From Corynebacterium glutamicum ATCC 13032 (GTDB taxonomy: Bacteria; Actinomycetota; Actinomycetes; Mycobacteriales; Mycobacteriaceae), in the NCBI RefSeq assembly GCF_000011325.1, contig NC_003450.3, positions 1,410,001 through 1,442,000 on the forward strand: a DNA stretch of 32,000 bases. The letters run 5' to 3'. This document shows, piece after piece, positions 7,962 to 17,372 of the stretch (position 1 is its first letter; each line of letters begins with the position of its first letter). Below the pieces are notes generated by a model. The model saw only the letters and a program-made list of their open reading frames with translations, was not told where the DNA came from and did not search any database. Both the position numbers and the translations under genes were made by a program.

Positions 7962-8873
7962 ATGGATGTACACGCAGATACTCGAGAATTCCTCACTGCG
8001 CGCCGCAATCGTCTCACTCCAAAAGACGCCGGATTGCCTATTTACCAAGGCAAAAGGCGAGTTCCGGGGCTTCGACGTGAAGAAGTGGCCATGTTGGCTG
8101 GCGTGAGCGTGGACTATTACACACGTCTTGAACGAGGCAACTTGAGTGGTGTGTCAGAACAGGTGTTAAGCGCGTTAGCTACTGCCTTACAGCTGGATGA
8201 TGCGGAGACGCAGCATCTGTTTGATCTGGCCAAGCTCAGTAATTCACCGGCGTCACGGCGTAAGCGTACCCCTGCACCGAAGTCTGTGCTGCGCCCTGAG
8301 GTGCTGCGAATTCTCAATTCGATGCACGATATTCCAGCATATATTCGTTCTGAAAGCCGTGACCTTCTGGCAGCCAACACTTTTGGTCGTGCGCTATATG
8401 CACCGTTGTATGAAAGCACGGTCTCCGATGGAATTAGTGGGGAACCGGGGTCAATCAATGTTGCACGCTTTACATTCCTCGATCCAGCAGCGCGCGAATT
8501 TTTCCCTGAGTGGGAGAGAACTTCGGCAGATTTGGTAGCCAGCTTGCGCACCGTTGCAGCACAGCGGCCCAACGACACGTTGTTTAGCAATTTGATCGGT
8601 GAGCTGGTGACCAAGTCAGAAGTCTTCGCGCAAATGTGGGCCGACCATAATGTCCGCATGCATCGAACAGGTTCCAAGAAGATCGTGCACCCGTTGGTGG
8701 GGGAGATGGAGCTGGATTTTGAAACGCTTGATCTTCCAGCAGATCCCGATATTGCCCTCGTGGTGTACTCCGCTGCGGAAGGTTCGACATCTGCAATGAA
8801 CCTTCAACTTCTGGCCAATTGGACAGGTAATGACAGCCCCTCCCTCAGCACAGAACTTGGTGACACTATTTAA
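7962..8873 (+). CDS. XRE-family HTH regulator with an MmyB-like C-terminal domain
   Basis: The N-terminus FLTARRNRLTPKDAGLPIYQGKRRVPGLRREEVAMLAGVSVDYYTRLERGN is the hallmark of MmyB-like regulators. I chose ATG 7962 over the GTG 7896 ORF-track start because it leaves about 100 bp of divergent promoter space. Confidence 0.8.
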   Translation: MDVHADTREFLTARRNRLTPKDAGLPIYQGKRRVPGLRREEVAMLAGVSVDYYTRLERGNLSGVSEQVLSALATALQLDDAETQHLFDLAKLSNSPASRRKRTPAPKSVLRPEVLRILNSMHDIPAYIRSESRDLLAANTFGRALYAPLYESTVSDGISGEPGSINVARFTFLDPAAREFFPEWERTSADLVASLRTVAAQRPNDTLFSNLIGELVTKSEVFAQMWADHNVRMHRTGSKKIVHPLVGEMELDFETLDLPADPDIALVVYSAAEGSTSAMNLQLLANWTGNDSPSLSTELGDTI

Positions 8874-8875
8874 TT

Positions 8876-9751
8876 ATGACTTTCACACTGAACAACGGAC
8901 TCGCCATTCCCGACATTGGATTTGGTGTATTCCAAACCCCACCCGATGAAACCCGAAACTCCGTTAACGCTGCTCTTGAAGCCGGCTATCGCCACATCGA
9001 CACCGCCGCCGCATACGGCAATGAACGTGAAGTCGGTGAAGCAATCGCAGCATCCGGCATTGGCCGCGACGAGATCACCATCGAAACCAAAATCTGGGTG
9101 ACCGACTACGGCTTCGAGGAAACTCTCCACGCATTCGACAAGGCCACAGGCAAGCTTGGTGTCGATACACTGGACATTTTGATCTTGCACCAGGCAGTGC
9201 CAAGCAGCTTTGATCGCACCATCGCCGCCTACAAGGCGCTAGAGAAGCTGCTTTTCGACGGCGCGGTGCGGGCAATCGGAGTCAGTAATTTCATGCCAGA
9301 GCACCTGGACAAACTCCTTTTGGAAACCTCCATTGTCCCAGCTCTGAACCAAATCGAATGCCACCCCTACTTCCAGCAGCGTGACGTGCTTGCCCGCAAT
9401 GAGCAGCTTGGCATTTTGACTCAGGCGTGGTCACCAATCGGTGGCATCACCTTCTACCGCGACGGACAGCTTCCAAGCACTCTAGAAAATGAGGTCATCG
9501 CTGGAATCGCCGCAGAAGTTGGCAAAACACCAGCTCAAGTAATGCTGCGCTGGCACCTACAGCGTAGACGTCACGCAATTCCAAAGTCTGTGACCCCATC
9601 ACGCATTGTGGAAAACTTTGAGATCTTTGATTTCGAACTCTCCGATGAGCAACTACAGCAAATCGATGCCCTCAACACCGATCTGCGCGGTGGCCCAGAA
9701 CCAGAGAACATCACCATGGAAAACTACTACCGAGAAATCCCAGAAGCCTAA
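8876..9751 (+). CDS. Aldo/keto reductase (2,5-diketo-D-gluconate reductase-like)
   Basis: 291 aa with AKR signatures GYRHIDTAAAYGNEREVG and IPKSVTPSRIVENF. The start lies 2 nt after the regulator's stop codon. Confidence 0.9.
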   Translation: MTFTLNNGLAIPDIGFGVFQTPPDETRNSVNAALEAGYRHIDTAAAYGNEREVGEAIAASGIGRDEITIETKIWVTDYGFEETLHAFDKATGKLGVDTLDILILHQAVPSSFDRTIAAYKALEKLLFDGAVRAIGVSNFMPEHLDKLLLETSIVPALNQIECHPYFQQRDVLARNEQLGILTQAWSPIGGITFYRDGQLPSTLENEVIAGIAAEVGKTPAQVMLRWHLQRRRHAIPKSVTPSRIVENFEIFDFELSDEQLQQIDALNTDLRGGPEPENITMENYYREIPEA

Positions 9752-9856
9752 AGGCCCTTAGAGGCGAATGTAGGCCTATGTATTTTATGCCTATTCCGGC
9801 GGGATTTAGACCTGACCAGAACATGTGGCCAATGAGAGGGGTAAAGGGGAGCTGTC

Positions 9857-9902
9857 GGCCATATGGGATGGTTACTAGTCGTCGAAACCAGACCATATGG
9901 CC
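9857..9902. repeat. Strong hairpin or palindromic element between convergent genes
   Basis: GGCCATATGGgaTGGTT (9857-9873), a 12-nt loop, then AACCAgaCCATATGGCC (9886-9902). Outer arms TGAGAGG (9833-9839) / CCTCTCA (9908-9914) extend the imperfect palindrome. Confidence 0.8.
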
Positions 9903-10067
9903 AGCGACCTCTCAATTTCGACTTCATTGGTCACCTGGTTTGGTCGGTCCATCCAGAGACCAAAAGCTCGGAAATTAGGGGAGCGCTTGGTCTGATTCGA
10001 CAGTTTTGAGCACCAAAAACGTGCATTCGAGACCAACAGCAGCTTAAAAATGAGCGCCGTTGGTTTT

Positions 10068-10907
10068 TTAGGGGCGGTACGTGGCGAGGAAGATTGCTGT
10101 CCCGGGGAAGAGCTTTCCTCGAAGTGGTGACCATTGGCCCCAGTTTTCTTCCAACTCATCTGGCCATTCTGGTTCGATGAGGTGATCTAAGTGGAGGGAG
10201 GCGTCGATAAGCTCATTGATCCGCGCGCCCATGGTGCGGTGCTGTTCCGCATAGCTTAAAGCACCGGTTTCCTCGTCTTCTTCGACGTAGCCGCGCTGGT
10301 CGAAGTAGCTGGTGATCGCGGTGAGGCCTGCGGGGCCGGGATCGTCGAGGAAAATCCAGCGCATCGGGTGGGTGATGGAGAAAATGAGGCGTCCGCCGGG
10401 TTTGAGGACGCGCGCGATTTCCTTCATGAGTGCGGCGGAATCCTCCACAAAGGGGATGGCGCCGAAAACGGAAAAGACCACGTCAAAGGAACTGTCGGCG
10501 TAGGGGAGTGACATTGCATCGGCCTGTACGAGGTGTACGTTATGGTCGTGACCTGCGTATTTGAGCATTTGTGAAGAAATGTCGAAAGCGGTGACAAAGG
10601 CATTCGGAACATCATTGGCCAGCCACCGAGCACACGGTGCCGAGCCGCAACCGATCTCTAAAATTTTCTTGCCGGAGAGTGCTGCGGGAGTGCCAAGAAG
10701 ACGTACATCTTTTTCATGCAGCATCTCGGGGCACCAGTAGAACTCGCCGTGAGCGGAATCCGTGCCTAAATAAGAAGGGTGGCGTTCGTGATAGTCGGCC
10801 GCGTCCACATCCCACCAGTATCGGTTTGCTTGAGAGAACTGGCTCAATTGGTGGCTTGAGGTTTTCCCATTGGTCCCATCAGTATCGTATGTGCCCATTT
10901 TTGCCAT
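10068..10907 (-). CDS. Class I SAM-dependent methyltransferase
   Basis: 279 aa with motif I ILEIGCGSAPCARWL and the post-I/II pattern VFSVFGAIPF…LKPGGRLIFS. Confidence 0.85.
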   Translation of the reverse strand: MAKMGTYDTDGTNGKTSSHQLSQFSQANRYWWDVDAADYHERHPSYLGTDSAHGEFYWCPEMLHEKDVRLLGTPAALSGKKILEIGCGSAPCARWLANDVPNAFVTAFDISSQMLKYAGHDHNVHLVQADAMSLPYADSSFDVVFSVFGAIPFVEDSAALMKEIARVLKPGGRLIFSITHPMRWIFLDDPGPAGLTAITSYFDQRGYVEEDEETGALSYAEQHRTMGARINELIDASLHLDHLIEPEWPDELEENWGQWSPLRGKLFPGTAIFLATYRP

Positions 10908-11098
10908 TCTATTTGCTCTAGCTGCGCAAACGGCGTACTGTTTATTAGGCGTGTCGTTGCGTCATGTATCGGTGTGTTCATGTAGGAAAGCACATTGAGC
11001 CTGAACGTGAGATCAAAACCCCGTCTATACAGGGCATTTGAAAGATACTGCATCCTGTCCATTATCTAATTTCCTATCCATTTCGGAGCAATTTACAT

Positions 11099-12559
11099 AT
11101 GCCCACCAACAATGCACCTCAGGTAGCCATCAACGACATTGGCTCTGCTGAGGACTTCCTTGCAGCAATCGACGCAACCATCAAGTACTTCAACGATGGC
11201 GATATCGTTGAAGGCACCGTGGTAAAGGTCGATCGTGACGAGGTACTTCTCGACATCGGATACAAGACCGAGGGTGTCATCCCATCCCGCGAGCTGTCCA
11301 TCAAGCACGATGTCGATCCAGACGAGGTCGTCGAAGTCGGCGACCAAATTGACGCACTTGTCCTCACCAAGGAAGACAAAGAAGGTCGTCTGATCCTTTC
11401 CAAGAAGCGTGCTCAGTACGAGCGTGCTTGGGGCGCCATCGAGGAGCTCAAGGAAAAGGACGAGCCAGTTACCGGTACCGTCATCGAGGTCGTCAAGGGT
11501 GGCCTCATCATCGACATCGGTCTCCGTGGCTTCCTGCCTGCATCCCTCGTTGAGATGCGTCGCGTCCGCGACCTGGATCCGTACATCGGCCAGGAGCTCG
11601 AAGCTAAGATCATCGAGCTGGACAAGAACCGCAACAACGTCGTTCTGTCCCGTCGCGCATTCCTCGAGCAGACCCAGTCTGAGGTCCGCTCCGAGTTCCT
11701 GCACCAGCTCCAGAAGGGCCAGGTCCGCAAGGGCGTCGTCTCTTCCATCGTCAACTTCGGCGCATTCGTCGATCTCGGCGGTGTCGACGGACTGGTTCAC
11801 GTTTCCGAGCTGTCCTGGAAGCACATCGACCACCCATCTGAGGTTGTCACCGTCGGCGACGAAGTCACCGTTGAGGTTCTCGAGGTCGATCTCGACCGCG
11901 AGCGCGTCTCCCTGTCCCTGAAGGCTACCCAGGAAGACCCATGGCGCGTCTTCGCTCGCACTCACGCTGTGGGCCAGATCGTTCCAGGCAAGGTCACCAA
12001 GCTGGTTCCATTCGGTGCGTTCGTTCGCGTCGAAGAGGGCATCGAAGGCCTCGTCCACATCTCCGAGCTGGCTCAGCGCCACGTCGAGGTTCCGGACCAG
12101 GTTGTCGCAGTTGGCGAAGAGGTCATGGTCAAGGTCATCGACATCGATCTCGAGCGTCGTCGTATCTCCCTGTCCCTCAAGCAGGCTGACGAGGACTACA
12201 CCGAAGAGTTCGACCCATCCAAGTACGGAATGGCTGACTCCTACGACGAGCAGGGTAACTACATCTTCCCTGAGGGCTTCGACGCCGAGACCAACGAATG
12301 GCTCGAAGGCTTCGATGAGCAGCGTCAGGCTTGGGAAGCTCGCTACGCCGAGTCCGAGCGTCGCTTCACCGCTCACACCGCTCAGATCGAGCGTCGTCGT
12401 CAGCAGGCTGAAGAGGCAGCTGCCGAGGCTCCGGCCGGCAACTACTCCACTGATTCTGCAGAAGATGCACCTGCAGCAGAAGCAGTTGAAGAGTCCGCTG
12501 GCTCCCTCGCTTCCGATGAGCAGCTCGCTGCTCTTCGCGAGAAGCTCGCAGGTAACTAA
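11099..12559 (+). CDS. rpsA: 30S ribosomal protein S1
   Basis: 486 aa with four tandem S1 domains (G-x-V…GF(L/V)…S(E/L)…). Strongly biased codon usage. An acidic/Ala-rich C-terminal tail. Confidence 0.97.
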   Translation: MPTNNAPQVAINDIGSAEDFLAAIDATIKYFNDGDIVEGTVVKVDRDEVLLDIGYKTEGVIPSRELSIKHDVDPDEVVEVGDQIDALVLTKEDKEGRLILSKKRAQYERAWGAIEELKEKDEPVTGTVIEVVKGGLIIDIGLRGFLPASLVEMRRVRDLDPYIGQELEAKIIELDKNRNNVVLSRRAFLEQTQSEVRSEFLHQLQKGQVRKGVVSSIVNFGAFVDLGGVDGLVHVSELSWKHIDHPSEVVTVGDEVTVEVLEVDLDRERVSLSLKATQEDPWRVFARTHAVGQIVPGKVTKLVPFGAFVRVEEGIEGLVHISELAQRHVEVPDQVVAVGEEVMVKVIDIDLERRRISLSLKQADEDYTEEFDPSKYGMADSYDEQGNYIFPEGFDAETNEWLEGFDEQRQAWEARYAESERRFTAHTAQIERRRQQAEEAAAEAPAGNYSTDSAEDAPAAEAVEESAGSLASDEQLAALREKLAGN

Positions 12560-12629
12560 TAGTTCCTGCACCTCTTAAGAGGGCTCACTGACGTTGACAG
12601 TGAACCCTCCCAAAGAGTTTGCTCCGCAT

Positions 12630-12686
12630 AAACACCCCGCACTTTTTAACCTTCACGGTTTGGGAAGTGCGGGGTGTTTTGTTGTG
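12630..12686 (+). terminator. rpsA rho-independent terminator
   Basis: Perfect 15-bp stem AAACACCCCGCACTT (12630-12644) / AAGTGCGGGGTGTTT (12665-12679), followed by TGTTGTG. Confidence 0.75.
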
Positions 12687-12878
12687 AGGCTTGGTTTTCG
12701 TACGGTGTGGTTAAGCTTTTGGCGGGCGCTTCGGCGAAAATACATGGGCCTACAACGCCGTCTAAGCGTGAAACTGGGGGATGGGGATACCTGGAATCAT
12801 TCGGGGACGTGATGCGGTGGAGGGGTGGTGCGGGCATAATCTGACAGTGTGTCCGTTTTCATTTTCAAAAAATGCAGG

Positions 12879-12885
12879 TCGGACA
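12879..12885 (+). promoter_or_regulatory. TCGGACA, matching the TCRRACA motif reported for the DeoR-type PTS repressor SugR
   Basis: The heptamer sits about 330 bp upstream of the ptsG start, inside a ~650-bp non-coding region. A single short motif match is weak on its own. Confidence 0.3.
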
Positions 12886-13216
12886 TATTCAAAAGTATTA
12901 CCTTTTTGGTTTGTCTGTATTCAGCTTGTTTTGGGTGGGTTTCCGGCTTATCATGATGGGTGACTTACCGCTTAATTGGAAAAAAGTGTGATCCACCACA
13001 AATCTATTGCGGGGGAGCCTGGGAAACTAGGTAAAAATTTTTGCCAAATTGTGCAATCGTTTTCACAACCTGAGAATGTCACAACACATTAAGTGGTAGG
13101 CGCTGAGGAATCGAATCCGATTCTTTTTCGGCCCAATTCGTAACGGCGATCCTCTTAAGTGGACAAGAAAGTCTCTTGCCCGCGGGAGACAGACCCTACG
13201 TTTAGAAAGGTTTGAC

Positions 13217-15268
13217 ATGGCGTCCAAACTGACGACGACATCGCAACATATTCTGGAAAACCTTGGTGGACCAGACAATATTACTTCGATGACTCACTGT
13301 GCGACTCGCCTTCGCTTCCAAGTGAAGGATCAATCCATTGTTGATCAACAAGAAATTGACTCCGACCCATCAGTTCTTGGCGTAGTACCCCAAGGATCCA
13401 CCGGTATGCAGGTGGTGATGGGTGGATCTGTTGCAAACTATTACCAAGAAATCCTCAAACTTGATGGAATGAAGCACTTCGCCGACGGTGAAGCTACAGA
13501 GAGTTCATCCAAGAAGGAATACGGCGGAGTCCGTGGCAAGTACTCGTGGATTGACTACGCCTTCGAGTTCTTGTCTGATACTTTCCGACCAATCCTGTGG
13601 GCCCTGCTTGGTGCCTCACTGATTATTACCTTGTTGGTTCTTGCGGATACTTTCGGTTTGCAAGACTTCCGCGCTCCAATGGATGAGCAGCCTGATACTT
13701 ATGTATTCCTGCACTCCATGTGGCGCTCGGTCTTCTACTTCCTGCCAATTATGGTTGGTGCCACCGCAGCTCGAAAGCTCGGCGCAAACGAGTGGATTGG
13801 TGCAGCTATTCCAGCCGCACTTCTTACTCCAGAATTCTTGGCACTGGGTTCTGCCGGCGATACCGTCACAGTCTTTGGCCTGCCAATGGTTCTGAATGAC
13901 TACTCCGGACAGGTATTCCCACCGCTGATTGCAGCAATTGGTCTGTACTGGGTGGAAAAGGGACTGAAGAAGATCATCCCTGAAGCAGTCCAAATGGTGT
14001 TCGTCCCATTCTTCTCCCTGCTGATTATGATCCCAGCGACCGCATTCCTGCTTGGACCTTTCGGCATCGGTGTTGGTAACGGAATTTCCAACCTGCTTGA
14101 AGCGATTAACAACTTCAGCCCATTTATTCTTTCCATCGTTATCCCATTGCTCTACCCATTCTTGGTTCCACTTGGATTGCACTGGCCACTAAACGCCATC
14201 ATGATCCAGAACATCAACACCCTGGGTTACGACTTCATTCAGGGACCAATGGGTGCCTGGAACTTCGCCTGCTTCGGCCTGGTCACCGGCGTGTTCTTGC
14301 TCTCCATTAAGGAACGAAACAAGGCCATGCGTCAGGTTTCCCTGGGTGGCATGTTGGCTGGTTTGCTCGGCGGCATTTCCGAGCCTTCCCTCTACGGTGT
14401 TCTGCTCCGATTCAAGAAGACCTACTTCCGCCTCCTGCCGGGTTGTTTGGCAGGCGGTATCGTGATGGGCATCTTCGACATCAAGGCGTACGCTTTCGTG
14501 TTCACCTCCTTGCTTACCATCCCAGCAATGGACCCATGGTTGGGCTACACCATTGGTATCGCAGTTGCATTCTTCGTTTCCATGTTCCTTGTTCTCGCAC
14601 TGGACTACCGTTCCAACGAAGAGCGCGATGAGGCACGTGCAAAGGTTGCTGCTGACAAGCAGGCAGAAGAAGATCTGAAGGCAGAAGCTAATGCAACTCC
14701 TGCAGCTCCAGTAGCTGCTGCAGGTGCGGGAGCCGGTGCAGGTGCAGGAGCCGCTGCTGGCGCTGCAACCGCCGTGGCAGCTAAGCCGAAGCTGGCCGCT
14801 GGGGAAGTAGTGGACATTGTTTCCCCACTCGAAGGCAAGGCAATTCCACTTTCTGAAGTACCTGACCCAATCTTTGCAGCAGGCAAGCTTGGACCAGGCA
14901 TTGCAATCCAACCAACTGGAAACACCGTTGTTGCTCCAGCAGACGCTACTGTCATCCTTGTCCAGAAATCTGGACACGCAGTGGCATTGCGCTTAGATAG
15001 CGGAGTTGAAATCCTTGTCCACGTTGGATTGGACACCGTGCAATTGGGCGGCGAAGGCTTCACCGTTCACGTTGAGCGCAGGCAGCAAGTCAAGGCGGGG
15101 GATCCACTGATCACTTTTGACGCTGACTTCATTCGATCCAAGGATCTACCTTTGATCACCCCAGTTGTGGTGTCTAACGCCGCGAAATTCGGTGAAATTG
15201 AAGGTATTCCTGCAGATCAGGCAAATTCTTCCACGACTGTGATCAAGGTCAACGGCAAGAACGAGTAA
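13217..15268 (+). CDS. ptsG: PTS glucose-specific enzyme IIBCA
   Basis: 683 aa. The N-terminal EIIB carries the phospho-Cys motif (MTHCATRLRF). A polytopic EIIC core follows, then an Ala/Gly/Pro linker. The C-terminal EIIA-Glc has GHAVALR…ILVHVGLDTV. Confidence 0.9.
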   Translation: MASKLTTTSQHILENLGGPDNITSMTHCATRLRFQVKDQSIVDQQEIDSDPSVLGVVPQGSTGMQVVMGGSVANYYQEILKLDGMKHFADGEATESSSKKEYGGVRGKYSWIDYAFEFLSDTFRPILWALLGASLIITLLVLADTFGLQDFRAPMDEQPDTYVFLHSMWRSVFYFLPIMVGATAARKLGANEWIGAAIPAALLTPEFLALGSAGDTVTVFGLPMVLNDYSGQVFPPLIAAIGLYWVEKGLKKIIPEAVQMVFVPFFSLLIMIPATAFLLGPFGIGVGNGISNLLEAINNFSPFILSIVIPLLYPFLVPLGLHWPLNAIMIQNINTLGYDFIQGPMGAWNFACFGLVTGVFLLSIKERNKAMRQVSLGGMLAGLLGGISEPSLYGVLLRFKKTYFRLLPGCLAGGIVMGIFDIKAYAFVFTSLLTIPAMDPWLGYTIGIAVAFFVSMFLVLALDYRSNEERDEARAKVAADKQAEEDLKAEANATPAAPVAAAGAGAGAGAGAAAGAATAVAAKPKLAAGEVVDIVSPLEGKAIPLSEVPDPIFAAGKLGPGIAIQPTGNTVVAPADATVILVQKSGHAVALRLDSGVEILVHVGLDTVQLGGEGFTVHVERRQQVKAGDPLITFDADFIRSKDLPLITPVVVSNAAKFGEIEGIPADQANSSTTVIKVNGKNE

Positions 15269-15278
15269 CCTGGGATCC

Positions 15279-15881
15279 ATGTTGCGCATTGGACTAACAG
15301 GAGGGATCGGCAGCGGTAAATCTACCGTTGCCGATCTTTTGTCATCTGAAGGATTTCTCATCGTCGACGCGGACCAAGTTGCCCGCGATATCGTCGAACC
15401 CGGACAACCGGCATTAGCAGAGCTAGCTGAAGCTTTTGGCCAAGACATCTTAAAACCCGACGGCACTCTAGACCGCGCGGGATTAGCAGCCAAAGCATTT
15501 GTCAGCGAAGAACAAACAGCGCTGCTCAATGCCATTACCCACCCTCGTATCGCCGAAGAGTCAGCTCGTCGATTCAACGAAGCCGAAGATCAAGGCGCCA
15601 AAGTTGCGGTTTATGACATGCCTTTGCTTGTAGAAAAAGGCCTTGACCGCAAGATGGACCTTGTCGTCGTAGTTGATGTTGACGTAGAGGAACGCGTCCG
15701 CAGACTTGTGGAAAAACGTGGCCTCACAGAGGACGACGTGCGGCGTCGAATCGCTTCTCAAGTGCCCGACGACGTCAGACTTAAAGCCGCTGACATCGTT
15801 GTGGACAATAACGGCACGCTAGAGGACCTTCATGCTGAAGCAAGCAAGCTGATTGCTGAGATTCTTAGTCGCGTGAATTAG
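15279..15881 (+). CDS. coaE: Dephospho-CoA kinase
   Basis: 200 aa with the N-terminal P-loop IGLTGGIGSGKST. It starts 10 nt after the ptsG stop. Confidence 0.9.
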   Translation: MLRIGLTGGIGSGKSTVADLLSSEGFLIVDADQVARDIVEPGQPALAELAEAFGQDILKPDGTLDRAGLAAKAFVSEEQTALLNAITHPRIAEESARRFNEAEDQGAKVAVYDMPLLVEKGLDRKMDLVVVVDVDVEERVRRLVEKRGLTEDDVRRRIASQVPDDVRLKAADIVVDNNGTLEDLHAEASKLIAEILSRVN

Positions 15882-15913
15882 CACTAAAACATCGTCAAAG
15901 TCGATCTACCAAG

Positions 15914-15964
15914 AAAGCCCTCGGAACAATGCAATTACATCAGTTCCGAGGGCTTTTTCGTTTG
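15914..15964 (+). terminator. coaE rho-independent terminator
   Basis: 14-bp stem AAAGCCCTCGGAAC (15914-15927) / GTTCCGAGGGCTTT (15943-15956), followed by TTCGTTTG. Confidence 0.8.
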
Positions 15965-16256
15965 AGTGCTGGTGATGAACGAGTGATGAGCGAGGGCAGT
16001 ACCCATTTCCTCAGTTTCAACCAATCGCGGAAGTAAGGGGCTGGGGGATTCCTCAGGATAGTTTTATCTTGAAGCTGGGAGATCCGTGGCTTGAAAAGGT
16101 AACTTGACCCGTTTACTCACAAGGGGAACCGGATTACATACCAGAAGATTAATACTTGAAAGTAGGGTTAACCGCGCTCTGATCTGGTACTTCTGAGATA
16201 GTCAGCAAATCTGATATAGGAAAACTCCTTATCAGAGGAAGTATAGATTGTGAATT

Positions 16257-17357
16257 TTGAAGGATTACGCGGTGCATACTCGTGGGTTAGTTTCTCTCTT
16301 AAGTCTTATTTTTCTTTTCGTTCTTTCAGGGTGTGGAGGGAATGCCACTACCGCTGATGAAGCTGCTGAAAGTGACGTTGTTACTTCAAGTAGCGCACCT
16401 CCAAGTAAACGAGCTCTAGATGTTGGAGAAGCAGTAGAGATCCCAGGGGTCGTGCTCACGGTAAACAGCGTCACACAGTCCGATCAGCTCATGTTGTACT
16501 CAGAAGGCAGTGCGCGTGGATCTGAGCCGAGAGAACAGCGGAATGCTGCGTCCGGAGAAAAGTTTGTTTCGGTGGACACTACCGTGAAGAATTCGAGCTC
16601 TGATCCTTGGGATCTTTCATGTGGTCACGTATTACAGACATGGCTCCTCGAGGACGAACTAGATGATCAACAAGGTGACCAAGAAAAGAAATTTAGCCCT
16701 ATCGACAATCTTGATCAGATTTCTGGTAATCCGGAGTGTGGTGTGCTTTTAGAAGTGGGTACAGAAATTGAAATGACGTGGTCTTTTACTATTCCAGATG
16801 ACATAGAAATCACTCACTTTGGTTTTTCTCTTTCGGATAGCACTTCCAATGACTTGGCCATTATCAGCCTTGGGGGTGCAATAGAGACATCGTCGGCCAT
16901 CACAACAACTGAAGTTATAGCACCGGAAAATGACACGGAAACGCTGCTAGAGATAACTCCGGTTGACTGTCAGGTCGGCCTTGGCCCCATCGTTACTTCT
17001 TGGTCGGATGGAACGGTCGGAGGTTGGTCTCAGCACTGTCAGGACGTGCATGATGAGGTACTTGCCGGTGAAGTCGCAGCGAATACCCCAGTATGTGACG
17101 GAGTTGTATGCACTTACCCCAGTGGCGCCACAATGCCGGATCCAAATGCACCTCAAATCCCTTCAGATACGAGTGGTGCAGTGTGCGATGAAAATCAGTG
17201 TGTTTACCCTAACGGTTATATCGCCCGAATTGGGGATCCGAATGTTCCGAACTATCTCAAGCCTGGCAACTCTCCGTGGGTACAAGGACAGATTGATTTT
17301 CAGAATTGCCTAGACAGTGGGAAAACTATTGAGCAATGCCGTGAAGAACTGAACTAG
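16257..17357 (+). CDS. Lipoprotein with a DUF4352-like beta-sandwich region and a Cys-rich repeated C-terminus
   Basis: Lipobox LFVLSGC after a hydrophobic signal. The likely real start is GTG 16272, with SD GAAGGA 7 nt upstream. The middle region (VLTVNSVTQ…GEKFVSVDTTVKNSSSDPWDLS) resembles DUF4352. The C-terminus has 8 Cys, including two copies of VCDxxxCxYPxG…DPN(A/V)P. The gene is AT-richer than its neighbours. Confidence 0.75.
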   Translation: MKDYAVHTRGLVSLLSLIFLFVLSGCGGNATTADEAAESDVVTSSSAPPSKRALDVGEAVEIPGVVLTVNSVTQSDQLMLYSEGSARGSEPREQRNAASGEKFVSVDTTVKNSSSDPWDLSCGHVLQTWLLEDELDDQQGDQEKKFSPIDNLDQISGNPECGVLLEVGTEIEMTWSFTIPDDIEITHFGFSLSDSTSNDLAIISLGGAIETSSAITTTEVIAPENDTETLLEITPVDCQVGLGPIVTSWSDGTVGGWSQHCQDVHDEVLAGEVAANTPVCDGVVCTYPSGATMPDPNAPQIPSDTSGAVCDENQCVYPNGYIARIGDPNVPNYLKPGNSPWVQGQIDFQNCLDSGKTIEQCREELN

Positions 17358-17372
17358 GTCAGTCTTAAGAAA

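Noticed and set aside
11093-12571. 492-aa ORF on the minus strand covering the whole of rpsA
   Set aside because: This is a shadow ORF of a highly expressed, strongly codon-biased gene. Its product is low-complexity (Leu/Val/Asp/Gly-rich) with no motifs, and rpsA on the plus strand has unmistakable S1 domains.
12594-12963. Short ORFs (60-72 aa) between rpsA and ptsG
   Set aside because: They overlap the rpsA terminator or lie in the ptsG regulatory region. They have no SD or motif and overlap one another on opposite strands.
14720-14749. GCNGGN hexanucleotide-like repeat encoding (Ala-Gly)5
   Set aside because: This is the flexible Ala/Gly/Pro linker between the EIIC and EIIA domains of the PTS permease, a normal feature of such linkers. 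At most it is a strain-variable microsatellite.
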